Part shown: piece by piece, positions 1 through 6,053 of the stretch
Position numbering within the stretch: position 1 is the first letter of the stretch
Layout: each line of letters starts with the position of its first letter
Origin: an uncultured Nitrososphaeria archaeon
GTDB taxonomy: Archaea > Thermoproteota > Nitrososphaeria_A > Caldarchaeales > Calditenuaceae
Reading direction: 5' to 3'
Assembly (NCBI GenBank): GCA_964440295.1
Contig: CAYTRT010000013.1
Location: 10,819 to 32,000, forward strand
DNA: 21,182 bases
Made by a program: the position numbers and the translations under genes
The notes under the pieces: model-generated
What the model was told of the DNA's origin: nothing
The model's database searches: none
Seen by the model: only the letters and a program-made list of their open reading frames with translations

Positions 1-193
1 ACAATACATAAAAAACTCTAGAAGACGCTAGGACTATCCCGATTTCCTTTGCCTCTGCACCAATGTTTCTTAAGAAGTATGGAATGAATGGGCTGAATCC
101 AAGTATGAACATATTACTAATAATTAACGAAAGCATTAGGATCCAGAAATCAGGAGGAAGACCCGCAAAGCCTCGCTGATTCTCAATACTCAT
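1..193 (-). CDS. Partial CDS (N-terminal 64 codons, continues past the left window edge); probable MFS-type membrane transporter
   Basis: Absent from the ORF track because it is truncated. Reverse complement from ATG (193..191) reads MSIENQRGFAGLPPDFWILMLSLIISNMFILGFSPFIPYFLRNIGAEAKEIGIVLASSRVFYVL with no stop down to position 1. It has a hydrophobic TM1 followed by a P-x-F-L-R-x-x-G loop and an IG-rich TM2, typical of MFS N-termini. A TATA-like CTTTTAT (minus strand of 221..227) lies about 31 nt upstream. Confidence 0.4.
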   Translation of the reverse strand, partial: MSIENQRGFAGLPPDFWILMLSLIISNMFILGFSPFIPYFLRNIGAEAKEIGIVLASSRVFYVL

Positions 194-486
194 TCTCTTC
201 ACAACTTTTTAGCACTCTCGATAAAAGCATTAGTGATGCATCAGTATGATGGAGTGAATCTCTGGACAAAAATTGGTAAAGGATTTTGCTTTATGGCCAA
301 ACATCCAAGTAATTAAGTTATAATTGAATTAGTATTTTTCCGTTTTCCCAAACTTTTAACTAAAAAATTTACGAAAAGGAAAAAGCTTATTAGCCAATAT
401 TTATACATAATTCTCACTGGTGAAGAATATGGGACCCAAGACCGGCAGGGACCCAACCTAAATTTCACAAATATCTACACAATATC

Positions 487-1638
487 TTAATGTTTTGCAA
501 TATTATTAATTATGTTAAGTAGTGGTATATTTGGTGGTTTTAGCCATCCAGTAGCGTTTGTGAACAATTCCCTCGTTATTGTGAAGTTTGTGCCGTCTTG
601 CTCCAATATGGGTTCGCCGAATATACCCTCCTCCTCAAGCTTCTTAGAGAGATTGTTGATTGCACCCATTAGTTGTTTGTCTGCTATCATGTAAGCTATG
701 AATGAGCCGTCGTCTGCAACTTGGTAAAATTTACAGAAGGGTGAAGACGAGACCACCTTTCTTAGTTTAGTCAATTCCTTCTCGCTCCTAGGACCGAAAC
801 CAATCCACCATCTCGCGATGTCTAGGCTCCTCTCGCCTTTGGGATACCATGTCAGCAAGTATCCTGCAATCAATCCCTTTCTCACTATATGTTCTTGGAA
901 GTGATACCTCAGTAGTCTTGGGTCTCTGCCATGTTGTGCTGCGACGTCGGTTAAGGGCTTGAATGCATCTACGTGGAGCTCAGCGATTATGGCTAAATCT
1001 AAAGAATCAACGACGTAGTTAGCTGCCTCACACTGTGATATTCTTTGAAGCGTGATTGTATCAGTGTCATGATCAAGATTGGTATCAAGTCTCCACTCAC
1101 ATTTTTTGAAGTCAAATAACCTATATGATACGTGCGGATAGCCGACTTCTACTATCTCCTTGAATTCGTATTCAGCTATTATGTCCCTCGTTGCTAGCTC
1201 TTCAAACATGTCGATAAACTCGCTGGCCCATTTCGTGGGTGGGCTAAGCATAACTAGATACTTGTTGCTGAATGCGATTTTTCCGTAATATGATAAATAC
1301 GAGTTTATTCCAATCCAGTCGAGAATATCTTGAGCAAATCTTGCACCGTTTTTGGTGAATGATACGGTTCCGAAGAACCTCGAAAGACCCATTCTATAAT
1401 AATGCGGAATAGTCTTTATTGTGAAGCCCATCTCTTTAAGTTGCTTCTTAACCTTGTATCTTACGGTCTCTTTTGGAAGTCCGGTTAACATTGCGATTAA
1501 CGAGAGATTTCTTGGCCCGTATTTTTTTAATGCGTCTAATATCCTAACAAACTCAGAGTCTTTACCTTCCGTGGATGGACTTGGTGTTCTTTCATCAATA
1601 TATTGTTGTTCTGATTGATTGTTAATCTTGTTAATCAT
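487..1638 (-). CDS. Internally duplicated double winged-helix (Lrp/AsnC- or MarR-like HTH + alpha/beta domain, twice) putative transcriptional regulator
   Basis: Long ORF (track 487..1641, where 1641 is GTG and ATG is at 1638). Two similar ~170-aa halves are visible. HTH-like FVRILDALKKYGPRNLSLIAMLTGLPKETVRYKVKKQLKEMGF matches LDLAIIAELHVDAFKPLTDVAAQHGRDPRLLRYHFQEHIVRKGL. Each HTH is followed by a hydrophobic/charged alternating segment (SRFFGTVSF...FIDMFEEL versus ARWWIGFGP...LSKKLEEEG). Product assignment is by eye only. Confidence 0.6.
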   Translation of the reverse strand: MINKINNQSEQQYIDERTPSPSTEGKDSEFVRILDALKKYGPRNLSLIAMLTGLPKETVRYKVKKQLKEMGFTIKTIPHYYRMGLSRFFGTVSFTKNGARFAQDILDWIGINSYLSYYGKIAFSNKYLVMLSPPTKWASEFIDMFEELATRDIIAEYEFKEIVEVGYPHVSYRLFDFKKCEWRLDTNLDHDTDTITLQRISQCEAANYVVDSLDLAIIAELHVDAFKPLTDVAAQHGRDPRLLRYHFQEHIVRKGLIAGYLLTWYPKGERSLDIARWWIGFGPRSEKELTKLRKVVSSSPFCKFYQVADDGSFIAYMIADKQLMGAINNLSKKLEEEGIFGEPILEQDGTNFTITRELFTNATGWLKPPNIPLLNIINNIAKH

Positions 1639-1668
1639 CACAGCTACACACTTAATAATATCAATAGG

Positions 1669-1679
1669 TTTTATATAAA
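1669..1679. promoter_or_regulatory. Near-palindromic TATA box TTTTATATAAA in the divergent intergenic region
   Basis: AT-rich box centred about 36 nt upstream of ATG 1638 (minus-strand gene). A second box AGTTAATTAAC (1723..1733) lies 22-32 nt upstream of ATG 1755 on the plus strand, consistent with a leaderless ACT-V4R transcript. Confidence 0.4.
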
Positions 1680-1754
1680 GTTTTCTATTTAATGCGTGTC
1701 TACTGTAAATCTGGTCAAGAAAAGTTAATTAACTACCTATTATTTGTTAATCAC

Positions 1755-2621
1755 ATGGAAAAATTGTGGGTAAAACGGAAAGAAGATTCAGATACTGCTG
1801 AGAGTGATATCCTGAGACTCCGACGGTGGTACTTTCCGATGAGTTTGCCGCTGATTAACATTAGTGACGATCGATCGGTTGCTGAAGTTTCGATCGTGTC
1901 TAAAGATGTGCCGGGAGTTATGGCCCTCGTGTCCTCTATACTGGCCAGCAAAAACATCAATATTATGAGTGGATTGATAACGAGTGCGGGCCAGCCCGGC
2001 AAGTCTGTTTTGACGCTCTTCATAGATTATACTGGTACTGGGCAGACTATAGAATCCATCAGGAATACACTTCTCTCTTTGAAGGTTATAGAGGACGTTA
2101 ACATAAACACCCCGATATATGAGGGATTATTGATCGAGCAGTTTGGATTCCCACTGCTACTAGCCGGTAGGCGATACGTTCTGATGTCTCTTGAGTGCTT
2201 CAACATGATGATAAAACGAATGCAGAGCATACTGGGAACCTCCGGTCTAGTTCTCTTTTACGAGATGGGAAAATATGCGGGTGAGAAGAGAGCTAGGCAT
2301 CTCAAGGAAGTCTTCGATCTTCACGGTTGGCAATTAGTAATGGTCGCGCTATCTGAGGTTCAACCGACAGGCTGGGGAATCGCCGAGCTGACCGTGATTA
2401 ATGAGGAAGAAAGAGAATGGCGCGTAACTGTAAAGGACTTGTTTGAGTGCACTCCGTTCAGAGATAGTTCAAAAGAGTGTAGAAGTCACTTCTTCAGAGG
2501 ATACCTAGAGGGAGTCTTTAAGGAGGCCTACGAGCTAGAAAAGTCATCATGTATTGAGGAGAAATGCGTCGCGAGTGGATCTGAAGCCTGCGAATTCGTA
2601 ATTACAGGCGTTAAGTCATAG
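1755..2621 (+). CDS. ACT domain + V4R (4-vinyl reductase-type) small-molecule-binding domain protein, with no recognisable output domain
   Basis: The ORF is open from 1692; ATG 1755 is preferred because 1692 sits only ~17 nt from the TATA box. The ACT-like beta-alpha-beta-beta-alpha-beta segment is AEVSIVSKDVPGVMALVSSILASKNINIMSGLITS...LTLFIDYTG...IRNTLLSLKVIEDVNI. The C-terminal V4R hallmark is C-x4-FFRGYLEGVF...IEEKCVASGSEACEFVI (C..G..G...E.C...G...C.F pattern), preceded by LFYEMGKYAGE as in the XylR_N/V4R module. Confidence 0.75.
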   Translation: MEKLWVKRKEDSDTAESDILRLRRWYFPMSLPLINISDDRSVAEVSIVSKDVPGVMALVSSILASKNINIMSGLITSAGQPGKSVLTLFIDYTGTGQTIESIRNTLLSLKVIEDVNINTPIYEGLLIEQFGFPLLLAGRRYVLMSLECFNMMIKRMQSILGTSGLVLFYEMGKYAGEKRARHLKEVFDLHGWQLVMVALSEVQPTGWGIAELTVINEEEREWRVTVKDLFECTPFRDSSKECRSHFFRGYLEGVFKEAYELEKSSCIEEKCVASGSEACEFVITGVKS

Positions 2622-2728
2622 ATTCGAATTCGAAATCCGATCTTAATCATTTAAGCTAGGTTTAGGTATGCATATCCATTTCTTATGGCTGATACCTAAA
2701 TACAAGCGTGACTGTAGTTGGAGACGAT

Positions 2729-2834
2729 GGCCGCGGTGAGGTAATTGGTAGCCTCCCGGCCTGTGGAGGACTACGCAGTAAGCCGGAAAGGAAGTATTTC
2801 CCCGGAAGTCGGGGTTCGAGTCCCCGCCGCGGCC
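2729..2834 (+). tRNA. tRNA-His (anticodon GTG) with genome-encoded G-1, C73 discriminator, no encoded CCA, and two putative BHB introns (2767..2780 at 37/38; ~2789..2807 at 45/46)
   Basis: Hand fold: G-1(2729); acceptor GCCGCGG(2730-2736)/CCGCGGC(2827-2833); D arm AGGT-AATTGGTA-GCCT; anticodon stem CCGGC(2756-2760)/GCCGG(2782-2786); T arm CGGGG-TTCGAGT-CCCCG(2810-2826); C2834 pairs with G-1. Removing 14 nt and 19 nt gives loop CTGTGGA and a 4-nt variable loop AAGT. Both inserts sit in 3-nt bulge / 4-bp helix / 3-nt bulge contexts. The exact splice junctions are ambiguous by one A. Confidence 0.85.
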
Positions 2835-2852
2835 CTACTAGGAAAATCAAAA

Positions 2853-2859
2853 TTATTTT
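2853..2859 (+). terminator. Oligo-T tract (TTATTTT) downstream of tRNA-His; possible archaeal terminator
   Basis: T-rich run ~20 nt after the tRNA 3' end. Archaeal RNAP terminates at oligo-T tracts. Confidence 0.3.
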
Positions 2860-2957
2860 CTCCAGACTAACCATCACTAATTGCTTGGATAAACTCAGAC
2901 TTGGTTACTCATCTAGGATTTAATAGATAGGAGATTCCTAAGAAATTTTTGACGTTT

Positions 2958-3359
2958 ATGAAGGCAAGAGCTGTCTGGGTTTCTGGTTTTAGGAGCGTAG
3001 TTGATAATGGTAGGGGCCACAGCGTTGTCGTGGACCTGCCGAGGCAGGATAAGGGCGAGGATTCCGGACCTACTGCGCTGGAGCTTGCAGCTATGAGCTA
3101 CGTAGGATGCGTGGCAACTATATTCAAGATCATTGCAGATAAGAGAGGACTAAAATTCGATGGCTTGGAGATAGAGCTAGATGCCTCGAAGGGGGAGAAA
3201 ACAATAGAGAGGGGGACGGCTAAGCTAGTTGTTAAAAGTTTGGCCAAGAAGGAGGAGGTGGAAAACGCATTACGATTGACACTGCAGACATGTCCTGTTG
3301 GAGTCATATTTGATAATGGTGGAGTTAAAATTGATTGGCAAGTCGAAGTACTTCCATAA
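2958..3359 (+). CDS. OsmC/Ohr-family protein (putative thiol peroxidase / redox protein)
   Basis: The track ORF starts at TTG 2949 and the first ATG is at 2958. Two family-typical Cys contexts are present: ELAAMSYVGCVATIF and LTLQTCPVGVIF. Size is ~135 aa. TATA-like TTTAATAG lies ~35 nt upstream. Confidence 0.75.
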   Translation: MKARAVWVSGFRSVVDNGRGHSVVVDLPRQDKGEDSGPTALELAAMSYVGCVATIFKIIADKRGLKFDGLEIELDASKGEKTIERGTAKLVVKSLAKKEEVENALRLTLQTCPVGVIFDNGGVKIDWQVEVLP

Positions 3360-3464
3360 TTTCAGAGGATCTATTTAATTTAGGCTTTTCTGCCAAGGGT
3401 TGGGCATATTTTAAGCTTATATCCTATTATATCTGAATCAATGTTCATATACTTGCTATAGTTA

Positions 3465-3734
3465 TTGCTTCTGATGACGATGGCGAAGAAGAAGTGTTCA
3501 GATAAGAAAATCACAAGCGTTGCGATTCAAGACCCTATGGAGACCGTCAAAAACATGATCAGAGATACAGGTGAGATGTCAGAAGAGTTAGGTGGATTTC
3601 TAATTCAGGTGAAGGATCCTGACAAGTTTCCCTGGGGAGACGTATTTCAGTATCTGCTTAGTCTTAATCATAATGTATGGATAGACAGTAGAGATGGACG
3701 TTTATGTATAGTTACTTGTCCTAAGACTGATTAG
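3465..3734 (+). CDS. Hypothetical small protein (89 aa from TTG; ATG alternatives at 3474/3480)
   Basis: The ORF has a protein-like composition (MAKKKCSDKK...FPWGDVFQYLLSLNHNVWIDSRDGRLCIVTCP) and AT-rich boxes lie upstream (3405..3432). No family was recognised. Its stop overlaps the convergent permease stop (TTAG, 3731..3734). Confidence 0.35.
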   Translation: MLLMTMAKKKCSDKKITSVAIQDPMETVKNMIRDTGEMSEELGGFLIQVKDPDKFPWGDVFQYLLSLNHNVWIDSRDGRLCIVTCPKTD

Positions 3735-5152
3735 GACATCAATAACGGCAGCTGAACATATATCAATAGTAACGACAACGCAAAGGTTGAGATACTTACC
3801 AGTGCTCCTGGAACTATCCATTCTCTCAGAGTTATGTGTCCGATCTTCTGCCTTTCAACCAGACCCACGGCCACGATGTTTGCAGTACTACCAATTATTG
3901 TTAAATTACCCATAAGCGTCCCAGCAAACAACAGCACCCACCAGAGCGGAGCAATATTTACTCCAAACTGAGAAAACTGCGTAACTATTGATGACCACAG
4001 CGTCACTGCCAATACATTGTCCATTAATGCCGACATAAATCCAGCAAGCCAGCCAACACTCACCAATAACGTGGTTAAATCAGTCCCAATCGATGACATT
4101 ACAGTGTTAGCAATCAGGGTCGTGGCCCCAGTGTATGTTAGTGTGCCGACAGAAGCAAAGAACATTAAGAAGAACGAGAGCGTCCACCAATCAACTCTTT
4201 TCTCAACTAATTCTCTAGCTCTGGCTCCCTCAATTAGTATAACTATACCAGCTGATATGAGCGGTACACCTATCAGCATGACGTTTTTATCAAGTCCCAG
4301 CAGATTCTCTATAAAAGTATGAAAGACTAATCCCAACAAAGTTCCACCAAAGATCAAAGTTGCGACTATCATGTCCATCCTGTTAATTACTGCAGGATCC
4401 TTCACCATAAGTTTAGCCGCTATCTCTTCTTTAGCAGACTTCATACGCTCATTCATCGCATTTATGTAATCTTTATAATAATAAGTAGATGCAAAATACG
4501 CCACGAACAAGCATAAGAGAGATATTGGTGCGGCCCATCTTAGAAAGTCAGCAAATCCATAACCAGATCTTAGTGCAACTATGACACCGACGGGGTTGCC
4601 GACTACTGTTGCGCTGCTACCTATATTCGTAGCAAAAACTGTGATGATAATGAGGGGTATAGGAGAAATTTTTAATCTTGCTGAAAGATGTATGACGAGA
4701 GCAGTCATGAATAGTATTGAAGTCACTTCGTCGACGAGTGCCGCCGATAGAGCGGCCATGAACATTAAGAGGAATACTGTCGTGTTTGCGCTCCTACCTC
4801 CGTACTTCATCACTCTGTCAAGTAGGGCTTCGAAGAAACGACGCTCTTCTAAGAATCCAATAACTATCATCATTCCAATTAAGAAGATTATTATGTCTAG
4901 GCCAGCAAATTCTATTAAATGAGATACATCAAGTAGCCCGGAGCCTAACAATACGCCTATACCTAAAAAAGTAAATGCCAGCCTAAACCTCCAGTAAAAA
5001 AGCGCACCCATAATTATGGACGAAAAAACCCATATCGATAACGACTGCGTAAATGGAACTCCCAAAACCATCGAGATAAAAAACACTAAGATACTAGCCG
5101 CAATGAAGACGAGGGGTTTTATCCTCGGCCACTCGATGCTCATACTAATCAC
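3731..5152 (-). CDS. ArsB/NhaD-superfamily (CitMHS-like) polytopic anion/ion permease
   Basis: 473-aa, highly hydrophobic multi-TM ORF (GTG 5152; ATG at 5143). It carries motifs typical of the superfamily: ALVDEVTSILFMTALVI, FATNIGSSATVVGNPVGVIVA and IIGSTANIVAVGL. The substrate cannot be inferred. Confidence 0.7.
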   Translation of the reverse strand: MISMSIEWPRIKPLVFIAASILVFFISMVLGVPFTQSLSIWVFSSIIMGALFYWRFRLAFTFLGIGVLLGSGLLDVSHLIEFAGLDIIIFLIGMMIVIGFLEERRFFEALLDRVMKYGGRSANTTVFLLMFMAALSAALVDEVTSILFMTALVIHLSARLKISPIPLIIITVFATNIGSSATVVGNPVGVIVALRSGYGFADFLRWAAPISLLCLFVAYFASTYYYKDYINAMNERMKSAKEEIAAKLMVKDPAVINRMDMIVATLIFGGTLLGLVFHTFIENLLGLDKNVMLIGVPLISAGIVILIEGARARELVEKRVDWWTLSFFLMFFASVGTLTYTGATTLIANTVMSSIGTDLTTLLVSVGWLAGFMSALMDNVLAVTLWSSIVTQFSQFGVNIAPLWWVLLFAGTLMGNLTIIGSTANIVAVGLVERQKIGHITLREWIVPGALVSISTFALSLLLIYVQLPLLMS

Positions 5153-5171
5153 CCGTCATCCCCGACATGAG

Positions 5172-5208
5172 CATTAGCTATACATATTCAATTTTTGTAT
5201 AGCTAATG
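5172..5208. promoter_or_regulatory. Perfect 13-bp inverted repeat CATTAGCTATACA-N11-TGTATAGCTAATG overlapping the predicted permease promoter
   Basis: Arms are at 5172..5184 and 5196..5208. On the minus strand the downstream arm contains ATATGTATAGC, centred ~26-36 nt upstream of the GTG 5152 / ATG 5143 starts. Confidence 0.45.
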
Positions 5209-5258
5209 GCTCAAACTATAATTACCCAGCCATAATTTAACCTTACACTCGATTGAGA

Positions 5259-5972
5259 CTAACCATGCAAGTCTGTCCATACAAGTTTTTGTAAATCGAT
5301 CATACAATAATTAACATTGCCCAGTTTTTCAATTGAGGCGTATGCGAGGTCGATAAGTCTATTCGCTCGAGCCATTATGGGCGCATCGCTCGTAGCCACG
5401 GTCCATCCAGTTCTAACAAGCTCAGAGTCTACCGACCTACTCGTCGATGCTGTCCCGTCAATAGAAAAAGTCCTTAACCTCCTTCTAATAAATTCCGAGA
5501 TCTCACCACTATAGCTCACATTCTCCTCTAGTAGAAAAATTACCTTTGAAGGAGTTAGCGATGCGACCGTCTCTAAGATGATGGTGGTGGCCTCGTAAAT
5601 TCTGGGTTGTTTAAGGATTGATGCATGTAACTCGGATATATCTCTGATAAAGCCGTCGAGAGACTTTACAATCATTCCGCCAGACATAGCTGAGAGTACT
5701 GTTCCCAAAACATTAAGAAAATCAATCGCTATACACTTACCTCTTAGCCAACGCGGCTCAACGTACTTATTCTTGACTATGGATATCCAGCCCGCTGGGT
5801 GGACACAACGATAAATCAGGCTTCTTAATCTCCTGTCTAGGCTATACTTGTCGCCGACAACGTCTCTCACGGTCTCTCGACGATAACCTCTCTCAAGAAG
5901 CCAAACCGCATCAAGAACTGCCTCCCTCAGGGACGCTAAATCAACGCTGAAATTCTCCCCCCTAATCGACAA
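5259..5972 (-). CDS. Uncharacterised archaeal protein: DUF434-like N-terminal region plus NYN/PIN-like (YacP-type) C-terminal region
   Basis: 237-aa ORF with a TTG start at 5972 (no in-frame ATG nearby). The N-terminus LREAVLDAVWLLERGYRRETVRDVVGDKYSLDRRLRSLIYR resembles my recollection of DUF434. IAIDFLNVLG resembles the IDGYNV motif and TVATSDAPIMARA resembles the VVTSD motif of YacP/NYN nucleases. All of this is from memory, unverified. Confidence 0.45.
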   Translation of the reverse strand: MSIRGENFSVDLASLREAVLDAVWLLERGYRRETVRDVVGDKYSLDRRLRSLIYRCVHPAGWISIVKNKYVEPRWLRGKCIAIDFLNVLGTVLSAMSGGMIVKSLDGFIRDISELHASILKQPRIYEATTIILETVASLTPSKVIFLLEENVSYSGEISEFIRRRLRTFSIDGTASTSRSVDSELVRTGWTVATSDAPIMARANRLIDLAYASIEKLGNVNYCMIDLQKLVWTDLHG

Positions 5973-6053
5973 CCAGCACCGATGATAACAAGTAATGAAC
6001 GAGATAATAACGTTGCTAGAACTAGAGAGATGAATATTTTTACCAGAATATAG

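Noticed and set aside
431-457. GC-rich island as a split-tRNA half or tRNA fragment
   Set aside because: It has no T-arm (GTTCRANYC) or acceptor-like sequence, and no similarity to the tRNA-His gene.
2683-2923. Track ORFs 2683..2877 (-) and 2708..2923 (+)
   Set aside because: Both lie on top of the tRNA-His gene. They are Arg/Pro/Gly-rich translations of GC-rich tRNA stems, with no promoter or SD logic.
3472-3477. C/D-box sRNA candidates: TGATGA/RTGATGA boxes at 3472, 2206, 7115, 16105 and on the minus strand at 1636..1641, 2545..2551 and 16467..16473
   Set aside because: None has a CTGA D box at the ~12-nt guide spacing, an internal C'/D' pair, or terminal complementarity. Most lie inside coding sequence.
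1-5258. Possible integrated element next to tRNA-His (an AT-richer block of accessory-looking genes)
   Set aside because: There is no integrase or recombinase gene. I found no direct repeat of the tRNA 3' half (att-like) anywhere in the window, and there are no viral or plasmid hallmark genes.
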